Below, in pieces: positions 1 through 11,362 of a stretch of DNA of 22,222 nucleotides (positions are counted from its first letter, which is position 1; each line of letters begins with the position of its first letter). The notes under the pieces were generated by a model, which ran no database searches, was not told the origin of the DNA, and saw only the letters and a list, made by a program, of their open reading frames with translations. Origin of the DNA: Thermoproteota archaeon (GTDB lineage: Archaea; Thermoproteota; Thermoprotei; Gearchaeales; Gearchaeaceae); the NCBI GenBank assembly GCA_032249235.1, contig JAVVGF010000010.1, forward strand, positions 1-22,222, written 5' to 3'. The position numbers and the translations under genes are program-made.

Positions 1-55
1 GGGGGAGAAGGCGTAACAAGGTTGCCGTAGGGGAACCTGCGGCAGGATCACCTCT
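1..55 (+). rRNA. 16S rRNA, 3' end (partial)
   Basis: Contains CGTAACAAGG, the helix 45 hairpin GCCGTAGG-GGAA-CCTGCGGC and the GGATCACCTC tail, matching the archaeal 16S 3' terminus. The exact 3' end is approximate. Confidence 0.97.
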
Positions 56-165
56 AAGTTAGCCGCATATTCTGAGGATGACTTCCTCATGCTCATCTCT
101 CATCTTTATGAGACTCGAGAGTTAATTCTCGAGTTGAAAGGTCGAGCAGGCTCTGCCTGTAATGA
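56..165 (+). other. 16S-23S internal transcribed spacer without tRNA
   Basis: About 110 nt lie before the 23S processing arm. Several short hairpins are possible (TGAGGA/TCCTCA 73-89, TCTCAT/ATGAGA 98-113, CTCGAGA/TCTCGAG 114-133, GCAGG/CCTGT 146-160). No tRNA T-arm or cloverleaf is visible. Confidence 0.85.
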
Positions 166-207
166 GGCTACGCATAACCAAAGGCACGAGGTATAGCGTT
201 TATTCGC
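166..207 (+). other. 5' arm of the pre-23S processing stem with bulge-helix-bulge (BHB) motif
   Basis: GGCTACGCATAACCAAA (166-182), GGCA (183-186), bulge CGA (187-189) and GGTATAGCGTTTATTCGC (190-207) pair with 3268-3309. Confidence 0.95.
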
Positions 208-3267
<3,060 letters not shown>

Positions 3268-3309
3268 GCGAATAAACGCTATACCTGCCAAATTTGGTTA
3301 TGCGTAGCC
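3268..3309 (+). other. 3' arm of the pre-23S processing stem (BHB)
   Basis: GCGAATAAACGCTATACC (3268-3285), TGCC (3286-3289), bulge AAA (3290-3292) and TTTGGTTATGCGTAGCC (3293-3309) are the exact complement of 166-207 apart from the two 3-nt bulges. Confidence 0.95.
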
Positions 3310-3354
3310 GAAAAATTAAAGAATTCTGAAATTTATAAAATATTAAGACTTAAA

Positions 3355-4293
3355 TTATAATTTTAAATCTTTTTTAATCCATTCTATTTCTTTTTTCAAA
3401 CCTTCTTCAATAGAAACTTTTGGTTCCCATCCTAGAATTTCTTTAGCTTTCTTGTAGCTTCCCACAAAACGCATTATATCACCTTTTCTAGGGGGCAAAT
3501 ATTGCTTACTTGACTTGCTATTACACAATTTTATTATTAAATCAGCAAGCTCATTCAAGGTTAAACCTCTACCTGTCGGTAGTAGAAACGTTTCACCAAT
3601 TGCTTTTTCAGCTTTTTCAATAGCCAGTATATATGCTCTTGCAGTATCTAAAACATAAGTATAATCTCTTACTTGATTTCCTGTGCCATAAATTGGTATT
3701 GGTTTATTTTCAAGAGCAAGTTTTATCCAATATGCTATGAAATTATACCAGCCTCCCATCCAGTAAGGCTGTCTTGGACCATAAACATTGCTCGGTCTTA
3801 AAATTATGAATTTCATTCCATACAATTCACGGAATATTTTACAAAGCAATTCTCCATAGATTTTATGCGTATTATAAAATGTTGTTGGATTATATGGAAA
3901 GTTCTCGTCAGCAATCATACCCTCAGGAATGTTACCATGAACGCTTCTACTGCTTGTATATATTATTAATGCATTATCGTTGTATTTTCTACAAGTTTCG
4001 AATAAATGAAAAGTTGATAAAGCATTTCGCTTGAAATCCTCTTCTGGATAATCAACTGAATAAAAAGTTGAAACCTGTGCTGCGCAATGAATTATGACAT
4101 CGAAGTCTTTTATGTCATCTTTATTAATCTCATGAACAGCTTTAACTTTTAATTTAACATTTGCAGGTAAATTTTCTTTCCTTCCTGCTGATAGGTCATC
4201 AATTACGCTGACTTCGTATTCTTTCTCGATTAGTAAATCAACAACATGACTTCCTATGAAGCCTGCGCCTCCTGTGACTAATGCTCTTTGCAT
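3355..4293 (-). CDS. NAD-dependent nucleotide-sugar epimerase/dehydratase (extended SDR)
   Basis: Motifs TGGAGFIG (Rossmann), YNTHK (YxxxK), LRPSNVYGP, G.Q.RDYTYV.D and C-terminal LGWEPK; 312 aa. Confidence 0.93.
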   Translation of the reverse strand: MQRALVTGGAGFIGSHVVDLLIEKEYEVSVIDDLSAGRKENLPANVKLKVKAVHEINKDDIKDFDVIIHCAAQVSTFYSVDYPEEDFKRNALSTFHLFETCRKYNDNALIIYTSSRSVHGNIPEGMIADENFPYNPTTFYNTHKIYGELLCKIFRELYGMKFIILRPSNVYGPRQPYWMGGWYNFIAYWIKLALENKPIPIYGTGNQVRDYTYVLDTARAYILAIEKAEKAIGETFLLPTGRGLTLNELADLIIKLCNSKSSKQYLPPRKGDIMRFVGSYKKAKEILGWEPKVSIEEGLKKEIEWIKKDLKL

Positions 4294-4313
4294 AGAACTC
4301 TAAAAAATTAGGA

Positions 4314-4323
4314 GTATATATTT
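4314..4323 (-). promoter_or_regulatory. Candidate TATA box for a leaderless epimerase transcript
   Basis: The minus strand reads AAATATATAC about 21-30 nt upstream of the ATG at 4293. The AT-rich background lowers specificity. Confidence 0.4.
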
Positions 4324-4324
4324 A

Positions 4325-5872
4325 TTAGCTAAGAAATATTTCTATATCGCCATTTGAATATATCTTAGAATATTTGTTCAATTCATCATTCAAATTCTCA
4401 ATTTTTTCTCCTTTGCTGAACAAAACGTAACCGTTATTATTCATCTGTTCGTATACAAAAATGAAATATCCTCTCTCTATGTTTTTATGATAGTATAAAT
4501 AGTCATAACCTTTTATAACTTCACTAGATAGATTGAAGTAGGCTAAAATTTGGTTAACTTTCATGTCTCCTATTATTTTTGCATCTTTATCTGCATGTGA
4601 AGCAAACCATTTTATTCCTTCGAATTCTCCTTGAAAATATAACCATTGATATCCCGAGCCATTAATTTGTAAAGGATATATTGCTATATTCTGAGCGATG
4701 AAGAGAATCAAGATGAAGCCTAAAATGATTGTTCTTAATTTTCTTTTATAATTTAGAATTCCTATGGCTACTAAAGGAAATAGTGTGGGAAACAAAAAAT
4801 CTAATAATCTTGAAGATAAAAAAGTAGCTTCAATATAGCTCGATGCAAACACCTCATAAAAATAGAATGCCAAGAAAGGAATAGGTAACGATAAGAAAAA
4901 TACTCTGTTTAAGTTAGATATTGATTTGTATCCTTTCGAAGCAAAATATATCATTATAATTCCTAAGAGAAATGAAGAAAGGAAGAAAGGATTTGTTAAG
5001 ATGGAAACATCTAAAAGATCGAATGTGTAAGATATATATGCTGCAAGTATAATTACGAGCATGAAAAAGATCACGCTTATATTTCCTTTTGTTTCACTGT
5101 TTATTATCTTTAGTTTCGTGAATATATACAAGAAGAATATTTGATATGCGCTAAATATTATAACTTCGCTAGAGCTAGTTATCCCAGTAACCTTTAAATT
5201 GCTTATAAAATTATAGTAAAACAATCCTAATATTGCTGAAATAGCCAATAAAATTATTGGCAACCTATTTATCCTTTTATTATGTATAGTACAATAAATA
5301 GTGTAAGAAGTGAAAAAGAATATTAATGGTAAAATTAGATTTAAATAAGAAAAATGATGAGAGAAAAGTAATGCTATTGTAGAAATTAAGAAAATTATAG
5401 AATATTTTTTATTCTTTAGTGCTAAATAATAACTGAAAATAGAAATATAGAAGAAAAGTATTGCGAATGTCTCTTTAGTAACACCTGCTGTAAAGAAAAC
5501 ATTATAGCCAGATACTGATAGCAATAACGAAGCTATTAATGCTATGTTTTGATTAGTAATTCTAGCAAGTAGCAAATAATAAATTCCTATGGCAAAAGAA
5601 CTTAATAGAGGAAATAAGATAGCCATCAATTCTAGTATATTTGCATCTATCACTTTCGCTAAAATCGCACTGAATAATTGGCTTGCAGGCCAATTTGCTT
5701 CATAATTATTAACTTCTTGAGTTAGATATCCTTTTTGTATAATAATTTCCACATTTTTTATTAGTGACCAAGCATCTGTAGAAAAAGGAAGATTAGTAAT
5801 AAAGTAAAATCTTATCCTCAATATAAAAGAGATTAATATTATTATAAGAAATATTATACTATTTTTTCTCAT
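4325..5872 (-). CDS. Polytopic membrane protein, GT-C-fold-like (putative lipid-linked-sugar glycosyltransferase or polymerase)
   Basis: More than 10 hydrophobic segments. The first external loop has STDAW...I..KG and Y..NWP motifs, followed by KETFA and SHH. The soluble C-terminal domain has EGIKWFASHA..DAKIIGD and KIYSNG. The ATG at 5872 is preferred over the TTG at 5890. Confidence 0.6.
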   Translation of the reverse strand: MRKNSIIFLIIILISFILRIRFYFITNLPFSTDAWSLIKNVEIIIQKGYLTQEVNNYEANWPASQLFSAILAKVIDANILELMAILFPLLSSFAIGIYYLLLARITNQNIALIASLLLSVSGYNVFFTAGVTKETFAILFFYISIFSYYLALKNKKYSIIFLISTIALLFSHHFSYLNLILPLIFFFTSYTIYCTIHNKRINRLPIILLAISAILGLFYYNFISNLKVTGITSSSEVIIFSAYQIFFLYIFTKLKIINSETKGNISVIFFMLVIILAAYISYTFDLLDVSILTNPFFLSSFLLGIIMIYFASKGYKSISNLNRVFFLSLPIPFLAFYFYEVFASSYIEATFLSSRLLDFLFPTLFPLVAIGILNYKRKLRTIILGFILILFIAQNIAIYPLQINGSGYQWLYFQGEFEGIKWFASHADKDAKIIGDMKVNQILAYFNLSSEVIKGYDYLYYHKNIERGYFIFVYEQMNNNGYVLFSKGEKIENLNDELNKYSKIYSNGDIEIFLS

Positions 5873-6992
5873 TGTATAATAATAAAACAATAGATGTTAT
5901 AAAAACAAATATCAAACTAGATAAGATAAAATACGGTTGAAATTCTATTACTAGATAATGACCGAAGATATTAATAAAAGATATATAATCAAAAATATAT
6001 GAAAATATGTATATTATTATTATTGAAATAACTATACTGAATGTAAATAATAAAATCCAACCTTTTAAAGAATATTTTAATATTTTATTTTTGTTCGCAC
6101 CAATGTATTTCATGATCTTTTTCATTGAATCTAACTCTCCCGAATAGTATTCAATTATGTTTAAAAGAATAAAAAAACTCATTATTATTATAATTAATAC
6201 AAAGCCAATCAAGCTGTATTGTGTCAAGCGAATTTCTTTTGTTAAAAATTCTTCCATGCTAGTTGGAGCTGATTGTATTTTAAGATTTGTATAATTTATG
6301 TTCGAACCTATTAAAAATTTGATCAAGATGTTCTCTTTTATATTACTCGGTTGTGCTTTAATGATCTCTTCATACAATGTATTGCTATCTATATTGGTTA
6401 CTTTTACGCGGAAGTATGAAACGTAGTCCCAGCTAAGACCCGCAAGTGTGCTTCCAACATGAAGAGGAACTAGAACTTCTTCATCTAGCGAATTATCTGC
6501 TTTAAATACACCTATCAATTTTAATTGAAGAACTTCATCTGTGCCTATGCTTTTAATAACTATACTTTCGTTAATTTTCAAGCCTAATCTTTCAAAAAGC
6601 CTGTAGCCTACAATCATGCTAAAAGAATCGTTTAAAGATAATGATCTTCCGTATAATATTTCTATTTTTTCTATTTTTGAAAACAATGAAATATCTACAC
6701 CTCTTACAGTAACTAATTCATTCTTGATTAAGGCTATTGCAATTACTTCCGGGCTTACTGCTTCAACGCCATTAACACTTGCTATCTTGCTAAAAAGACT
6801 GGCGGGCAATCTACTTGTTGCTGGCGTTCTCGCATTTCTATCATATATCAATATTTCTGATGAGTTCTCACCTACAAAACTAGTTATTGAACTATATGTA
6901 CTTTCTATAAGAATTAAAGAGGTTAAAGGAAGTAATAAATAAAAGGCTAAAATGATTGAAATTAAAAAAAGTTTAGAAACAGGATATTTCAT
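5859..6992 (-). CDS. FtsX/MacB-family ABC transporter permease
   Basis: N-terminal TM, an extracytoplasmic MacB-like domain (VNGVEAVSPE, VTVRGVD, IVGYRLFERLGLKINE, LIGVF, EVLVPL) and C-terminal TMs with a degenerate MKYIGA..KI motif. Confidence 0.85.
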   Translation of the reverse strand: MKYPVSKLFLISIILAFYLLLPLTSLILIESTYSSITSFVGENSSEILIYDRNARTPATSRLPASLFSKIASVNGVEAVSPEVIAIALIKNELVTVRGVDISLFSKIEKIEILYGRSLSLNDSFSMIVGYRLFERLGLKINESIVIKSIGTDEVLQLKLIGVFKADNSLDEEVLVPLHVGSTLAGLSWDYVSYFRVKVTNIDSNTLYEEIIKAQPSNIKENILIKFLIGSNINYTNLKIQSAPTSMEEFLTKEIRLTQYSLIGFVLIIIIMSFFILLNIIEYYSGELDSMKKIMKYIGANKNKILKYSLKGWILLFTFSIVISIIIIYIFSYIFDYISFINIFGHYLVIEFQPYFILSSLIFVFITSIVLLLYNEKK

Positions 6993-8098
6993 TCAAATAG
7001 CCTCATTATTTCCTTTCTCAACCATAGCAAGCTTGCCAAGTAACCTAGCATTAAACCTATGAGAGCAAAAGAAGAGTTTTGGAATAATACCGTATAATCT
7101 AATTCAAGAGAGAGTGGTATGTTAGTTAGTGCTGACATGAATTTAATAAAAGATGAAGCAAATATAATTCCTATAGAAACTCCGAATATATATCCCATAA
7201 TTCCTATAGAAATTCCTTCTAAAAGAATTGAAAGGAAGATTTTCTTTCTTGTCATCCCCAGAGAAAGCAAAATTGCATAATAGTTCTTCATTCTCCTCAA
7301 ATTGTTAACTGTAAATAAGAAAGCCAATATAGATATTGCGAGTAGCAGAAATATTGTCCATACATTCAAAACCTCAATTGGACCTGAAAAAACTTTATCA
7401 ATAATTTCATCTCTTTCGTTCGTGATTATCTTAAATTTGTTTCCGAATCTTTCGCTAAATGATTTTGCTAAATTCTGTTCTTTTATATTCGAAATTATTA
7501 TTGCATAGCTAATTTTATTGTTTAATTCTTTAAACATTTTCCATATATAATCTAAACTTGAAATAATTGAATAGTCAAAACTCGTATAAGAAGTTACTAA
7601 ACCAACTATTATGAATTTCAATTCTTTATTATTTATTTTTACTTCAATTTCCTTTCCTATAGTAAAATTAAATAATCTAGCTAGAACATTTCCGATAACT
7701 ATTTCATTATTTATGATTTCTTTCTTTCCAGTAATTTGAAAATTAGGAAAGTTAAAGATCGAAGAATTACTTGCTCTGAATTCAACTTCTGTATTATTTA
7801 TTCTTGCCTCTAATGATAGAATTGGTATAATATGCTCAGCAATAATTCCTTCAAAAGAATTGTTATCTAGCGTTATATTCGAATCAGAAAAGTTCATAGC
7901 AGTCCCATTAAGGAGATAAAATATGTTACTGGCTTGGGGGTAGAGTAAATTATGAAAATGAGCTCCAAGACTTTCAATAATTGCATAAGAAAATACCTGT
8001 ATAGAAATTAAGAGTGCAATTGAAAGAACTGCTAGAAAAGTTTTGTTCTCTCTTGAGTACAATTTCTTTTTAGAAAGATAGAAAATACCTCTAAACAT
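6989..8098 (-). CDS. FtsX/MacB/LolE-family ABC transporter permease
   Basis: Motifs EIVIGNVLARLFNFTIGKEI, FIIVGLV and the coupling-helix AILLSLGMTRKKIFLSILLEG; 4-TM architecture. Overlaps the next gene by ATGA. Confidence 0.9.
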   Translation of the reverse strand: MFRGIFYLSKKKLYSRENKTFLAVLSIALLISIQVFSYAIIESLGAHFHNLLYPQASNIFYLLNGTAMNFSDSNITLDNNSFEGIIAEHIIPILSLEARINNTEVEFRASNSSIFNFPNFQITGKKEIINNEIVIGNVLARLFNFTIGKEIEVKINNKELKFIIVGLVTSYTSFDYSIISSLDYIWKMFKELNNKISYAIIISNIKEQNLAKSFSERFGNKFKIITNERDEIIDKVFSGPIEVLNVWTIFLLLAISILAFLFTVNNLRRMKNYYAILLSLGMTRKKIFLSILLEGISIGIMGYIFGVSIGIIFASSFIKFMSALTNIPLSLELDYTVLFQNSSFALIGLMLGYLASLLWLRKEIMRLFE

Positions 8099-8102
8099 TA
8101 AA

Positions 8103-9200
8103 TTAAAAAGTTAAGAAAAACTTCTTAATATTTTCAATCACATATCTTATTTCTATATCTTCCATGTATGGATGAATTGGCAAGGATAAGACCTGTCTTG
8201 CAACCCTTTCACTTATAGGTAAGTTTATTGAATTATATTCCTTATATGCTTTTTGCTTATGAATGGGAATGGGATAGTGAATAATTGTTTCAATTCCGTT
8301 CTTCTCCAAGAAAGATTTCAACTCGTCTCTTTTTTCAGTTCTTATTACAAAGTATGAATAAACATGCCTCATATAATTCTTTTCTTCCTGAAATTCTACC
8401 AACCCTTCTAATTCTTCTTTGTATATGCTTGCAATCTCCCTTCTCTTAATTATGTATTCTTCAAGTCTTTTCAATTTCACATCTAATATAGCAGCTTGAA
8501 TTTCATCAAGTCTGCTATTGTATCCAATGAATTCATGATAATATTTCACCTTTTGTCCGTAATTTCTATACATTCTTAACTTTTCTGCTAGATCATCGTT
8601 ATTTGTCGTTATTATTCCTGCATCTCCATATGCTCCTAGTATCTTTGCAGGATATAAGCTAAAGCATGCTATGTCTCCAAAACTTCCTACTTTTTTATTT
8701 TTATATAAAGCCCCATGAGCATGACTTGCATCTTCTATAACCCAAATATTCTTCTTCTTTGCTAAATCGATGATTTCTTCTATTTCGGCAGGCAAACCGA
8801 ACATGTGATTTACGATAATTGCTTTAGTTTTTTCATTGATCAATTTTTTTATATCATCAGCTCTCATATTATATGAGGACTCTTCTACGTCGCAAAAAAC
8901 TGGCTTTAAGTCATTCTTTACTATAGCATCTGCCACTGAAATAAAGGTGAAAGATTGCGTTATAACTTCACTTCCTTTAGGTAATTCCAATGATTTTAGA
9001 GCTAGGACTAAGGCATCAGTTCCAGAAGCTACACCTATGCCGTGCTTACAACCAATATATTCAGCGAAATTCTTTTCAAATTTCTCAAGTTTTGGGCCTA
9101 ATATAAATCTTCCGCTCTCTAATACTTCTATTAGTGCTTCATCAATTTCTTTCTTCAATGCTCTATATTCCTTGGTTAAATCAATGAAAGGTATTCTCAT
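8103..9200 (-). CDS. DegT/DnrJ/EryC1/StrS family PLP-dependent sugar aminotransferase
   Basis: Motifs IPFIDL, SGRFILG, VASGTDAL, IEDASHAHGA, FSLYPAKILGAYGDAG (PLP lysine), GYNSRLDEIQAA, IHYPIPIH and LSLPIHP. Confidence 0.96.
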   Translation of the reverse strand: MRIPFIDLTKEYRALKKEIDEALIEVLESGRFILGPKLEKFEKNFAEYIGCKHGIGVASGTDALVLALKSLELPKGSEVITQSFTFISVADAIVKNDLKPVFCDVEESSYNMRADDIKKLINEKTKAIIVNHMFGLPAEIEEIIDLAKKKNIWVIEDASHAHGALYKNKKVGSFGDIACFSLYPAKILGAYGDAGIITTNNDDLAEKLRMYRNYGQKVKYYHEFIGYNSRLDEIQAAILDVKLKRLEEYIIKRREIASIYKEELEGLVEFQEEKNYMRHVYSYFVIRTEKRDELKSFLEKNGIETIIHYPIPIHKQKAYKEYNSINLPISERVARQVLSLPIHPYMEDIEIRYVIENIKKFFLTF

Positions 9201-9808
9201 TTTTCAAGAGTTACATTGAATTTTTGTTGAAGCCATGCAATTCTTAGTTGTCGCTGAAAATTCCAACCTATCATGAATTTTTGTGTAGTCGGATCTAAAG
9301 TCCATAGCTCAAAAATCATTCTGAAATTCTTTCCTTTAAAAGCTCCTACTTGATTTACATCTACAATTATTGATTGATTTAATTGCAATTTCAAATAATA
9401 TGTCTCATTTATCACTTTGACATTCAATATTTCCCATTCAAAATAAAATAACTTTGTTTCGCCATAGGTGATATAAATAAGCCAGTCGTAGAGTTCTGTT
9501 CCATTCGAAGGTGTCCCTAGCGTTGAATTTGGAACAAGTGTTTCATTATTTCCTAGTTTAACAACGATCTTTACTACTTGAGGTGTTCTGAAATAGCTTG
9601 CAATACTTATATACCATACAATTTTCTCGTTAATCTTAACGGTGGAATTATTATTAGGGAAAAATTCTCCCGCTTTTTTCTCTTTATTAAGCATGCTTAA
9701 AACGAAGAATTCTTCAGCAGGCCTGTTGGTTAATGAAAGATATGCGAATGCTGAATAGATGATCAATACTATTATGAAAAGTGTAAGGAAATTCTTATTC
9801 AGTTTCAT
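9197..9808 (-). CDS. Membrane-anchored extracellular beta-rich protein resembling the C-terminal half of DUF1616 proteins
   Basis: A single N-terminal TM is followed by EEFFVLSMLNKEKKAGEFFP, resembling the DUF1616 E.F..F..L...GKA..YP motif. It also has RMIFELW and several N-X-S/T sequons (NNS, NST, NET, NGT, NQS). Confidence 0.55.
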   Translation of the reverse strand: MKLNKNFLTLFIIVLIIYSAFAYLSLTNRPAEEFFVLSMLNKEKKAGEFFPNNNSTVKINEKIVWYISIASYFRTPQVVKIVVKLGNNETLVPNSTLGTPSNGTELYDWLIYITYGETKLFYFEWEILNVKVINETYYLKLQLNQSIIVDVNQVGAFKGKNFRMIFELWTLDPTTQKFMIGWNFQRQLRIAWLQQKFNVTLEK

Positions 9809-10277
9809 GTTTTCTTATTCTTACGTATGAATTCAAAATCTTCTTTATTCTTCTGTTGTTAAAAACATTATAAAGAATTATGCTTGCATAAGAAGTTAAA
9901 AAAGAAGCGATTGGAACAGTTATGAATGCTGCTATTCTAAGGTTGTTATTATATGACTTAACATCATTTAGATATTCTTGTGCTTTAGCTAAAGCCTGAT
10001 CAAGTATACTATTTGCTTCAATTAGCTTTTCTTTCGCTAAATTATCCTTTCCATTATAATGTAACACGATTGCCTCGTTGATTAGAGATGTTGCGTTATT
10101 TACGATTGATGTTACTTCCCTTACCTTATCATAGTCAAACTTATAATTATTCAATTCTTGAAGCATATCAACGAGCTGGCTCAATTTTATTTGGGCCTGT
10201 TGCATTAAATCATCATAATTTAGTTGATTCTGCTGGGATAACAGTAAAAACAATATGATGAGTATCTTTAGGTTCAT
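9795..10277 (-). CDS. Hypothetical protein: signal/TM, helical bundle and C-terminal TM with basic tail
   Basis: 160-aa ORF with ATG start, hydrophobic N-terminus, amphipathic helices and a C-terminal hydrophobic stretch followed by RRIKK. Overlaps the next gene. Confidence 0.75.
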   Translation of the reverse strand: MNLKILIILFLLLSQQNQLNYDDLMQQAQIKLSQLVDMLQELNNYKFDYDKVREVTSIVNNATSLINEAIVLHYNGKDNLAKEKLIEANSILDQALAKAQEYLNDVKSYNNNLRIAAFITVPIASFLTSYASIILYNVFNNRRIKKILNSYVRIRKHETE

Positions 10278-10299
10278 GGATTAACCTATAAATGATTTT

Positions 10300-10309
10300 T
10301 ATTTATATC
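10300..10309 (-). promoter_or_regulatory. Candidate TATA box upstream of 10277
   Basis: The minus strand reads GATATAAATA, with TATAAA 25-30 nt upstream of the ATG and purine-rich sequence upstream of it, in a 56-nt intergenic gap. Confidence 0.45.
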
Positions 10310-10333
10310 TATTTCCTTTAAATAACTTCAAAA

Positions 10334-11362
10334 CTAATTGAACCAATAATTCAAGCTTCCTTGCTTTCTTTTAATAATTCCTTTTCTCATTCTTTCTATT
10401 GCCCCTCTTACCCGTTCTTCACTGAAATCCATTTCATGAACTAAGAATTCTATCAGACCTTTTTCATCTATATCTCCAAATTTTATTGAAAATTCTTTTA
10501 AAACAGGAGGGTTAAGAAAGAAATTCCTTATTTCCTCATAATTATCAGGAAGTTTTTTCCTAATGTTTAAAGGCATATTTTCAATTTTCTTATACTTCTT
10601 AATCAACTCAAGAGCTTTCTTTGGGCCTATGCCCTTTATCCCTTCGTTGAAATCTGTACCTACTAATATTGCTAAATCGATTAGCTGTTCTCTATTGATA
10701 TTTAGTTCTTTATAAACTTCTTCAGCAATCACCAATTCTGGCTTTATAGGTCTCATTATTCCTTTGCTAGGTAAGAATTCAAATCCTTTTATTGAAAGAT
10801 ACCTAACAATTCTTGGAGCTCCAAATAGTAATGCATCGTAATCTTTAGTTGCACATGCCCATGCTGTACCATTTATAGCCATATAAGCAGCTTGAGCTTC
10901 AGCTTCGCTAGGAGCTTCGATGTAAGGAATTCCTAACAAATTCAATAATCTTTTTGTGGAGTTTAAAATTTCCTCATCTATCTTTCCAGTAACTACCGCC
11001 TTAGAGAAGGCTTTCCTGTAATCTTGCTTTATTAATGCTTCAATCCACGCCTTCATAGCTTTTTCCTTTTCTATTCTTCTTCTTAAAATTTCACCTTTCT
11101 TAAGTTCAGGCGGCTTTCCATCAAAGACAAATATTAAGTTTATTCCGTATTCAGAGATCAGCCTTGTAGTTCTGAATAATAATCCTATTAAATGCGATGT
11201 AACCTTTCCTTCCTTATTCGTGAAAAGTTCTCCATTCGGCTTCCTTACAAGCGCTAAGAATTGATGTATTTCTATGCTTGCATCTACAGCTAATACTTTA
11301 TAAGAAAGATCCTTTAAGCTAATTATTTTCCTCTTTACTATAGGAGCTATATTTGACCCCAT
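10334..11362 (-). CDS. fen: Flap endonuclease 1 (FEN1)
   Basis: Motifs LAVDA..HQFL, G.VTSHL.GL, FVFDGKPPELK, APSEAEAQAA, TKDYDALLFGAP, H3TH GTDFNEGIKGIGPKKAL and a C-terminal PIP box KQGSLNYWF. Confidence 0.98.
   Translation of the reverse strand: MGSNIAPIVKRKIISLKDLSYKVLAVDASIEIHQFLALVRKPNGELFTNKEGKVTSHLIGLLFRTTRLISEYGINLIFVFDGKPPELKKGEILRRRIEKEKAMKAWIEALIKQDYRKAFSKAVVTGKIDEEILNSTKRLLNLLGIPYIEAPSEAEAQAAYMAINGTAWACATKDYDALLFGAPRIVRYLSIKGFEFLPSKGIMRPIKPELVIAEEVYKELNINREQLIDLAILVGTDFNEGIKGIGPKKALELIKKYKKIENMPLNIRKKLPDNYEEIRNFFLNPPVLKEFSIKFGDIDEKGLIEFLVHEMDFSEERVRGAIERMRKGIIKRKQGSLNYWFN

Noticed and set aside
56-165. tRNA-Ala in the ITS, or 5S downstream of 23S
   Set aside because: There is no cloverleaf or T-loop motif in the ITS, and no room for 5S before the convergent gene ending at 3355.
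4325-5872. Oligosaccharyltransferase AglB
   Set aside because: It lacks the WWDYG motif and is shorter than typical AglB; only a general GT-C-like resemblance.
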